Of a stretch of 64,000 nt of DNA, positions 27,501 to 39,200 are shown piece after piece; within the stretch, counting starts at the first letter, position 1; each line of letters begins with the position of its first letter. A program made the translations under genes and the position numbers. The stretch is from contig OX597828.1 in assembly GCA_951406725.2 (NCBI GenBank), positions 68,138,001-68,202,000 of the forward strand, in the 5' to 3' direction. A model generated the notes under the pieces. It saw nothing but the letters and a program-made list of their open reading frames with translations. It was not told the DNA's origin and ran no database searches. This DNA comes from Octopus vulgaris. Its lineage: Eukaryota.

Positions 27501-30500
27501 CTCACTTGTCCTGCCAGGTCTTCTCACGCACAACATACTTCCAAAGGTCTCGGTCACTAGGAACACCTTTTAGTGACACAATATATATAGTTACATGACT
27601 GAAATCATGGTGTGGATGAGATCAAGAACCATTGGGTTCATATAATTATATTGAATAGTTGACCCAAGTTCTTGGACAGTGGGCATTCTACTGACCCCTG
27701 GTAGATAGGAATGATAAATTCAACTATCATTTCATCCACCATTAATGGTACCAATCCGTAAATGTCTTTTTGATGGGAAATATAGTAAGAAAATAACTGG
27801 CCCCAGTATATGACTGGTACAATAGAAAGTCATAAAACACAAACCTTTGTCCTCATTGTTTGAGCAGCAAAATAACAGGATTCAAGATCTCGATTGACAG
27901 TCAGAAGTTGGTCCGCAACTTGCCATGCGAAAACCTACAGGAAAGGAAAGAAATTAAAGAAAATTAAAGAATAATGAAACTACATCTCTTCCCCACCCCA
28001 CTACAAAAACACAAAGAATTTGTTGTTTAGCACCAAGCTATTCCTGGTCAAGTGGATCTACAAGCAAAGATACAGACACCAGAGTTAAAGCCATTGACTT
28101 GACTTGAGACAGCATTCACCCAGGGTGGGTTGAGCTGGCTTCATTCATCCTCAAAGCTGCATCTCTCACAAACGCCAACCAGGCCTGGCGATTTGAGGCT
28201 AACGACTGCATGATCTCCAACCACTCCTTATTCCAGCAGCGAACGCCATAGATATGGGAACCTGGGTTGGGTTCCAGATCAGCCTTGACTGTCATCAGCC
28301 AGGTTTTTCATTGTCCACCACATCGCTTTCGCCAACCCTGAAGGGGAGCTGGGGCAATTGCCTCGTAGATGAATTCTCCTGGTTGACGACGGTTGACGTC
28401 AAGCCATTAAACCCAAACTTTAACCGGTTACAAGGTGGAAAATGTGGCCAGCTGATTCGCATTGACCCTATATACTGTATTTGATTAGTCATTATCATCA
28501 TTTAACATCTGCTCTCCATGATGGCATGGGTTAGACAGTTCAACAGGATCTGACAAGTCGGAGAAACGTTGTACTCCAAGGTCTGTTTTAACATGATTCC
28601 TACCAGTTGGATGTCCTTTCTAACACCAACCAATTAACAGAGAATAACAGGTAGTTTTTTTTTCCTTTTTTTTTTTATGTGGCACCAACACAAGTGAGGC
28701 TGTCTTGAAATTTTCAAGACTAGATACCATACAATTTCCATAGTATCTACCACAGTATAGTTTGTTCTAACAGTACATCCACATTTAAGTGGGGACAAAT
28801 ATTACCTCTAGGAGAAAGTTTGGGATAATTCTAGGCATAGAGGGGGTATAAAAAAGTATGATGAAAAGAACAGATTTATAGTTGTGAGGTAGCGAAGATA
28901 GAATCACTATTGGTGCAGGAGGTGGGGAAGGGTGAAGGGAAAGGGAAGGGATCAGAATCAATAATTAAACCTTTTGATACTAACCCGGCTGAAACCGGCT
29001 CTGGCCCTGTAGTACAAATGTCTTGTTTTCAAAAGTTCTGAATTAAAATCTTCCACCAAACCTTAGTCACAATTTATGTTTCTAAAACTAACTTCATGAT
29101 AACTAAGTTATCTCACAAAAATTCTTTGTTATATTTAAAATAATTGAAAGAAACACAGAGCATCTCAAAATAAATAGAGTAACGAAAGGGTTAAGGGGTT
29201 AGAATCAGAAATGGTATCATAAATTGAGTTAGAGTGAATGGTACAATAGACTGAAGAGTCAAAGGTGGAGCAGTAAGCAGTGGATAAATGCAATGCTATC
29301 AACCGGTTTGACTCTGCCAGTGACAAGTTCTAACTCCACTGATTAGTGATACCAGCTGACATACAACGACTAGAACAACATAAGAGAGATTGTCTCTCTC
29401 TTATCAGCTTGCAGCATCACCATCTGGGTTCTGTAACGGAAGAGGAAGTAACCATTCTGAAATGCTTGCATCTCACAGTCTGTGAGCTGATTTAACCCTT
29501 TCATTACCAAACTGCCCAAAACCGCCCGAAAAAAATTTTGGTTAATGTGACCAAACCGCCCGTATTTACCTATTCATATTTAAATGAGAATATCAGAGCA
29601 AATCTCTTTAGTACATTCGTGAAAACACATATTATACTTCGTAAACAGTTCAACTACAGTTTTGTACAAAAATCGAAGTGTAATTTTAATTCCGTGAATT
29701 TTGGGAGATTTTTTTCCGAAATTTGTTCCTATTGTGTTTTCAAAATTTGTAATTCTGACAAAAAATGGATACGAATTTCATTATATCAAGCAGCGAGTCA
29801 GAATTCGAAGGATTTTCTACTGAAGAACTTCATAAATCTAACTCTATGACTGAAAAAAAAAAAGCACGTGGTATTTGATAATGAATCTGATGTTTCATTT
29901 TCCGAAAGTGAAAACAGTGAATCCGAGAGCTCCGACAGCGATAAAGAAAATGAATTGGCACCTGAATGGAGTGAAAATTTAAAAACTGTTTCTTTCGGTG
30001 ATTTTTCTGAAGAAACTGGACCAAGCCACAGACTTTCCCAGAAGAGTAAAGCCTTAGACTATTTCTTTTTACTTTTTCGAATGAGCCTATTTGAAATCAT
30101 TACGGCGGAAACGAACCGTTACGCTAAATGTAAACAAAGCGAAAGAAAGGATAGTTAGTGGTTTCCCACAACCTTAAATGGAATTAAGACTATTTTGCCA
30201 TAAATTCATTACCCAGAATAACAAATTCTATCGTGTTGTATACCCAATTGAATATTAGCTAATAACCCATTTTCTATAGCGATGTTTGAACAAAATTTTA
30301 ATAATTTTATATTTTGTTGAATTTACCTGTATCTACCTGCAATTAGAGTCACTTTGTGACAAAAATTATAGTATAGAATTGGTTGAGAACATTTCATTAA
30401 ATTATCTTCCAAAATTCACGTTAATATATTGATAAATAAAAAAGTTATAGTTGTTTAATGAAACCAGACTAAATTTATGATTACGTTAGAAATTAATTGA

Positions 30501-33223
30501 AACACATAAGGGGTGTATTTTGGTCAGAAATATAGTAACAAAAGGGTTAAATGTATTTACACCATTTGTCTACTGCAAGGAATTTTCTCCATGACAAAAC
30601 ACAGTGAATGGCATGTTTACAAGTTTGAACTTGCCACTGGCCTATTAGAATTGACAAGAACAGAGTCAGAGCCAGTAGTAGAACACATTAAGGAGTTAAT
30701 GGGAGGGGTCAAAGACTGTGTATATTGACTTCACAGCCTCAGGTTGTGTGACCTAATAAAAAAACTCCCTTAACGGTACATGTATATGAGAGAGCATGCG
30801 TAAATGGATACGTTTACATTTCTTTTTGAAAACTGTAGAGACAAATTCATTGATACTAACACAACATAATTCAACATTATTCAAGGAATGGACTAATCCA
30901 ACAATGGACTCTGCTGTGTATTAAATATAAAAGAAACAACATATCTAATCTTCTAGGTCCCACCCTGACAAAATGCTGTTACCTTTGGTACCAAGCAGAA
31001 TATATTGAAAACAGAGCTACTATATCTTAAACTATTTTTATCAGAAATAACTATTTTGTAGCTAGAAATCATTAGTTTTAGCAGCTATCACAAGCTATAC
31101 ACCCCTAGACATGTCCCCCATTTCATCAATGCTTTGTCGTTGACTGGCTTTTGTAACCAATCACATTGTAATAGAGTCACTCAAAGTTTATCTAGCAGTA
31201 ACAAGACACCCTTTTTGTTAGAGGTAACAGCTTTACAAGCCATCAGAATTTCTACAGCTAAATCATGCTACACGTCTCCAGACAAGTCACCATGCACAGC
31301 ACTTTAGTTAGATTCAACAGCTTTAACATGACAAGCCATCATAGCTTCTGAAGCTGCTACAAGCTACATATATTTGCACAGAACTCCCACTTTTTAAAAT
31401 CAGGCAAATCTCCCTCATATTACATCCAACCATCTTAAAAAAAGAAGAACATGTTAGACATTATGGTTTAGAATATAAAAGAGGTGGTGGTCACAGCTGG
31501 AACATCTTTGATCATAAGTCTACATGATCAGGGTCAGCCTACAGTTAAACAAAATGCAAATATCCAATAGCAGCAAGGTGCAGCAACTGCATATCAATGC
31601 AGTGGTGTCAGTGTCTATACATAGTGGTATATCTGCAAACACACACACTTATACACAAATGTATGTATATACAGCCACATTGATTACATAGGTGTCTATA
31701 CAAATAGGTTATTGTAGACACAAACACGAATAGATATACACACAAATGTATGCATATGCACCTATACAGTTACTATAGACATGAGTACAAGCATATATAG
31801 ACAAAGATGTATATACTTATAGGTTATTATAGACATAACATAAACATGCACATGCTCATAAATGTATGAATATATATATATATGTATAATATACACACAC
31901 ACATACATGCATGCACATACTAATTATATATGCAGGAGTTTACATATACTTATAAATGTATGTACATACTAGTTATAGACACATGTGCCAACATATATGC
32001 ACATACTCAAATATAGATGTAAGCACATACAAATTATCATAGGGACAAACACTAACATATCTACACAAAATCATTAATGTATACTCCCACACAGATGTAA
32101 GCACACACAAGTCATTATAGACACAAGCATTAAGATATATATATACACAATCATAAGTATAGGTATACACCCACAGAAACATAAGAACATACAAGTTAAT
32201 ACATGCACTTACATATACATATATATATATATATATATAGGAGAGGAAAAATTATAAAAAGGCAGAATGCAAAATTAAAGGTAAATTTTAATAAAAATGG
32301 GTGTTATTTTTTTAATTTTCTATACACCCATTTTTATTAAAATTTACCTTCAATTTAGCATTCTGCCTTTTTATAATTTTTCCTCTCCTATCATTTCTCC
32401 ACGTGCGGTCAACACAACCCCACCATTTATTGATTTATATATATATATACATATATTCATTAATACAGATGTATGAATATACAGATTATAGATACAAGCA
32501 CCAACATGTAATTGATGTGTGTGTGTGTGTTTGTGTATAGATTTGTACAACCTGTGTTTACTCAGGCTTCTACAAAAATATGCAGGGTCACAGCTCACAT
32601 AGTGAAATACAACCACATATTCTCACAACACGTATACACAGGCAGTACATTGTTATATATTATACATACTCTTTAAATAGTCATACTTTCACAGTAACAC
32701 AGACACACCCACACAACTACACATCTACATTCAACGTATACATACATACATCCAGTCACCATTTACAAACAAACACACACATCCACAAATAAACACACAC
32801 ACACACTCACACACATAGCCACAAACATACACAGACATACATGTCACTGAACTGATAGTTATGACATAGAAATCAGAAGATTATTCTTGTCAAATCAAAT
32901 CATAAAAAGCCAACATCTGACAGAAGAGAGTGATAACAGCATTCAGATGATGCTGAAGTGGATGGGGGTGGGGTGGGGAGAAAGTAATGGCTATTAGCAG
33001 AAACCAGGGACATAATTCAACCAACATAATTTTGACCCAAATATCTACAATTGGCAACCAACAGTGACTTTTCAAAGAGAAATAATATTATTATCAACTT
33101 GATGGTCATTATTTCAAGTACATTATTCAAAGAACTCTACAAGGCATCAACTAGTCTTTCTTCCTTTAAAAAATAATAAAATAAAATAAAAACTTTCTCC
33201 CGTTAGCATTTGACCTTTTTACT

Positions 33224-33263
<40 letters not shown>

Positions 33264-36200
33264 CCTACAGACCATGTGAAACTGGTATCATTTGAATGCC
33301 ACTTGCTGGTTGTTTGGCAGATAAAATATTAAAAACACTGCTATTCCAACTTCACATTTTATTTATCCTTTTTTTTGTTTTTTGCACATATTAAATTCTG
33401 TTTTAGCTTCACTGGAGTTACATTCTGAGTTCAAATTCTGCCGAGGTCGACTTTGCCTTTCATCCTTTCGGGGTCGATAAATTAAATACCAGTTACGCAC
33501 TGGGGCAGATGTAATCGACTTAATCCATTTGTCTGTCCTTGTTTGTCCCCTCTGTGTTTAGCCCCTTGTGGGCAATAAAGAAATAAGTAATGATGGTGAT
33601 GATGACTTTCTTTCAGTTTTAGGGAGATGATCGTTATAGATTAGTCTCTTTCATTTGCTTCATTGACCCAAAAGGTAAGAATATAACTGAGAACACAGAA
33701 AGACAGGTTGGTAATCCTCTCTCTGAAATCCCCAAATGTCCAAAATCCAAAAGATTTTTCAGTCAATGAAGCACTAGAAGTGAAAAATTCCATAAAGTGC
33801 TTGGAAGGTTGCCTTGAAATGACCAGCTGTTGTGGGTCATGCAATCAGGCCACCACCTGTTAGGAGTGACTGCCCAGACCAATCAAGTTGTCACTAGTTT
33901 AATGTCAGTAGTTATAGCAACGACTTTTGACTACAGTTTCCATCAACTAAACTCACTCATATAACATTGGCCACCTTGGGGCTATAGCAGAAGAGACTTG
34001 CCCAAGGAGCCATGCAGTGGGATTGAATCCAAAACCACATGTCTGCAAAGTGAGCTTCGTAACCACACGGCCTTGCCTGAAGATAAGTGTGAATATTCAG
34101 AAGGCTGGTAACAGAATGCTTTTTAAGAAAAGCCATGACATTAAATATCTAAGCATTTGTAGTGCTAAGACATTTATTGATCATCAATCAGGAAAGATAT
34201 TCACCATCACTGGCTTGAGAAGGGTGACGACTGTATTACTTTTGGTTCACAAATGTTTAGTAGCAGCAAGAAACCAGGATTAAATGTCAAGTGTAAGATT
34301 TATTCCTGGATAACTGTTCTACTCATCCTCCAGCCAAACTTGTGATCAAAAATAATTTTTATACAATGTACTTCTAAAATGTGATATTATTAATTCAATC
34401 AGGTGACTAAAAGCACCCTTTGATCACTGAAAACTAATTATAAAGACATTTTAATTATAAAGACAATGGTACATTTGTAGCAGTGGACAGAATCATCATC
34501 ATCATTTAACGTCCGCCTTCCATGCTAGCATGGGTTGGATGATTTGACTGAGGGCTGGCGAACCAGATGGCCACACCAGGCCCCAATCTTGATCTGGCAG
34601 AGTTTCTACAGCTGGATGCCCTTCCTAATGCCAACCACTCCGAGAGTGTAGTGGGTGCTTTTTACGTGCCACCAGCATGGGGCCAGTCAGGCGATACTGG
34701 CAATCACCTCGCTCGAATCTTTTTACACATGCCACCGGCACAGGTGCCCTTTTACGTACCACCGGCAGGGAGCCAGTTGGCTGCTCTGGCAATGATCACG
34801 CTCGGATGGTGCTCGGCATATACATATATTTATTATTATATTTGGGGAGGGTCATATTTTGCCAAATGAAACACATGCACTGTATATTTGGCCTTCACTT
34901 CAGCTTATTTTTAGTTTCTTTATCAGTTCTTTCCAAGACAAAATGGAATAAGCAGAACAAGAGACATGTGGTATAGTCACTGAAGATGTCACAGGATGTG
35001 TGATGATAGAACTTTAACAAAGAAACTAAAATAATAATATTAGAGCTGAAGTGAAGACCGAATATATTATAGTGCATGTGTTTAATTGGCAAAATATGAC
35101 CATCTCCCAGTATAATAATATCTGTTTCAACAGACGATTTTCACATCAAGAATCTTGCAAAACAAATACAGAAACATATATATACACACACATATAGTTA
35201 CATAATCAACTTCAGGAATTGCCTGGTACTTGGTACTTATTTTATCACCTGTGCTGGCGGCACATAATAAGCACCATCTGAACGTGGCCAATGCCAGCGC
35301 CGCCTTGACTGGCTTCTGTGCCGGTGGCATGTAAAAAGCACCCACTACACTCTTGGAGTGGTTGGCATTAGGAAGGTCATCCAGCTGTAGAAACACTGCC
35401 AGATCAGACTGGAGCCTGGTGCAGCCTCCTGGCTTCCAAGACCCTGGTCAAACCGTCCAACCCGTACTAGCACGGAAAACGGACGTTAAACAATGATGAT
35501 GAAGATATTTATCAAATGCTAAAGTTCACCAAAGGCACTAAATGCCATAAGGTAGTTTTGTTTAACAAGGCAATTCATACATATGCACTTATCATCATCA
35601 TTCCACACCCAACCTATGCCGGAATTGTTCATCACCCTCCAAGTCAGTTTGGAGTTATTGCCTTCCTAGGCATGGCTGGGAGACCACATCTCACTTGTAC
35701 TTCATACTGCAGCATGCTTTCTATGACCAGGTGCTCTTCATACCGCCAACCAGTTTACAGAATGTATTGGGCATATTTTTGAGAAACAAGACTAAAGAAT
35801 TCCACTCAACCATACAATATTTATGCTTCCTTTTGTTATCCATTTTATAGAATGCATGGGATACATTTTATCATGGCACCAGCACAAGTGAAGTTGCCTT
35901 ATACTCTGCAACATAGAAGAGGATCTTCTTCACTGCTTATGTTGTCTCCATTCATCCAGGGCAATGTTTGGCAAAAGAGACCAATAGAATAAGTACCAGG
36001 CCAAACAGAATTAAGTCCTGGGGTCAATTCATTCAACTAAAAGTTCTTCAAGGTGGTGCCCCAGCATGGGCGCAGTAAATGATAAAAGATATTCACTGAT
36101 GGTCTGCTACTGACAGATCTACTCCAATCAACACTCAGGAAAGATTTTCTCTTTTTAATCCCTGTTTGTTTTTTTCTATTTCCATTAATTTATGTTAATT

Positions 36201-39200
36201 ACTTTCAGAACTTCATCAACAATCTGCATCATGTTTCTTAGTTGGGGTTCCTCCTATGCCAGTCTCCTATGTTTCAGACACTGCTGTTGACATTTTCCTC
36301 AACAACTTTCCTCTTTTTCTGTCCACTATTACCCTTAGGGATACCTGCAGGTCTTTTCCACATTTCTATCACAGACTAAAACAGTGGTAACGTGTAGTCA
36401 AAAGTCAGAGAGTGGGTAAAAGAGATGGTGATGTAGAAGATAAACTGGAGAGCAAAGGGAGAAAGGAGAAGCATGAGAAGGGGAAAGAGTGACTGGGTTG
36501 GTAATGTGAAAGAGGAGGGAGAGAGAGAGAGAGAGAGAGAGAGAACAGTAAAGGAGAACTGAAGAGAGAGACAGTAATAGCAGGGTGTAATGGGAGAGAG
36601 AGACACAACTAGTAGCTACCTAATTGCAAGTAAAGGAGCGATTATGACAATTTGTACAAATATTCGGTGGAAAGAGAGTGGTTTGAAAGAGGAGCGTTGA
36701 GCTGTAGGAATCGGTAATGGTGTGAGGGAGGGTACAAGTGTAGGCTAGTTGAGATGTTAATGGTATAATGGTAAGAGAATGATGGAGGTAAAATAAGTGA
36801 CAGCCAAGGATCCACCCCCAACCTCTCCTTTTTCCCTCTACATCATCATTGTTTAACCCTTTCGTTACTGTATTTATTTTGAGATGCTCTGTATTTCATT
36901 CAATTAATTTTAAATGTAACAAAGAATTTAGTAAAATAACTTAGTTATCATTCAGCTAGTGTTAGGAACATAAATTGTGACTAAAGTTCAGTGGAAGATT
37001 TTAATTCAAAACTTATGAAAACAAGACAATTGCACTACAGAGCCAGAGGCGGTTTTGGTCGGGTTGGTAAGGAAAGGGTCAACATTCACTTTACCATGCT
37101 TGCATGAGTCGGGCAGAGATTTCTGAGGGAGATTTTGTATGGTTGGATGCCCTTCCTGTTGCCAACCCTCACCTGTTTCAAAGCAAGGTAATATTTCCCC
37201 ATACCTGAACATGCTCTTGCAGAATATCGAAAATTAATAGCACTGCTTGTATGATGGTGACATTCGTTTACAACTATCACATGTAGTCAACACAAGGAGG
37301 GGACACACACAGAATGGGCTTCTTTGAGGCTCTGTCTACCAAATCTACTCTATTTTGGTTAGCCTCATGCCAAAGTTGAAGACACTTGCTGAAGGTGCCA
37401 CGGAATGGGACATCAGTCAACCTAAGGCTATGGTAGGTGACATTTGTCCAAAATGACACATACAAACATTGAACTTGGAACTCTGTGGCTGCAAAGTAAA
37501 CCTCTTAACTATATGCAGATGTTTATACACACCCACACACAGCTTTCTTTATCTTTTAGTTTTCTTCTTTTTATTTGATTCAGTCATTAGACTGTGACCA
37601 TGCTGGGGCACCACCTTGAAAAATTTTTAGTTGAATGAATCGACCCCTGTACATTTTTTTTTAAGCTTGGTACTTACTTATTTTATTGGACTTTTTGCTA
37701 AACCACTAAGTTACGCATTTATCACAATTTATCCCTATACACACTGTCTCAGTACTTTACACAATACACACACACACACTCACGGGCACGATTTTCTTGT
37801 GTCTATTACACAAGGGAAAAAAAGTTGGGGGAGATTGGCAGAGGATGAAGATTGTAGTAGTAGTAGCAGTGTTAGTGTTACAATACTGCCACCCCTACCA
37901 CCACTACTACCTAATCTACTATTTAATCACCATCATTTGGTTCGTCCTCACCCCATCCTCATCCACCAGCATTCCTAATGCCTTTACTACTACCACCAAG
38001 CTACTACTGCTGCTGCTACTGTCACTAACCAGCAGAACTACTACGCCACGACCACCACCACAGCCACCACTCCAACATCCAGCTTCTCAATGAGGTCAGT
38101 CAGTCAGCTTCACACCATCAACAACCAAACAAGTTAGAAACTCAATTACCACCGAATCTACATCGGTTCGGACTTAACTAATAAACATCCATTGCATAGT
38201 GATGATGATGATGGTGGTGATTGGTGGTGTTGGTGTCGATGAGGATGTATACTTAGCTATATATAACATCACTAAATAAACAGTAATGTTGATGATAGTG
38301 ATGATGATGATGATGATGCTTCTATACTTAGCTATTTATAACAATTTCTGAACAGTGATAAGGCAGTATTTGGAAACTATACAGAAACGTTGTTGGACAC
38401 ACACACACACACGCAAATTAATCAATACAAGGAATTTTAATTAAAATTGCAGCTTTATTAACGACAATAATTTCTAAATTTTGGAGCTGCAGCCACCACC
38501 ACCACCACCACTACAAAAAAAAAAAAAATGCAAGGGACCCAGGATGAAGCTGTAATTAAAATATGAACAGCTGTTGTCCATATTAAGTCTGATGTTTAGC
38601 TGCACAGAGATAACTCTAGATATGTTTTGATGTTATTAGACCTTATCAGCAAAATTTAGTCTAACCATTACTGCAAGATCTGAGAATGACAAATGATATA
38701 TACATATATAGGTTTTACAGCAATAAATAGCTTCTGGAATACTACCTGGAGAAAATACCAAGGGTCACCTGCTGCTTACAAACTTAGCAGTAAAGTATAT
38801 GCTAACATACATGATATAGTTGTTAGCCAAAAAAATCTTATTTGCTTTTATGTTCTTAGTTTTCTAATTGGTTATTTATGGTAATAATATAAAGCAGGGG
38901 AGATAACCCTTCGCTGATGAGGTCTAACAATAGTGAAACATCCACAGTTACCAGTAAATATCTAACTCACCTCACCTCTATTGGGTTCAATATTCAATTT
39001 TGAGATTGTTTCTTTGGCCTTACCCCCTCTCTCTCTTTTTTAATCAGAATTAATTATTTAGCTAATGAGTGTTATCATCACTTAAATTAATTAAAAGTTT
39101 TCCTCTTGCTCCGTCAACTCTATTAGTACCCAATTAACTATAAAGTTTACATGCAGAAAATTTGCTCACCACAATCAAAAGCTTTGCTAATACTGAGGGC

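Noticed and set aside
30990-31380. AGCT-rich stretch with recurring acagcttt/acaagccatc words
   Set aside because: Looks like a degenerate minisatellite; no consistent period, ORF or structure could be established by eye.
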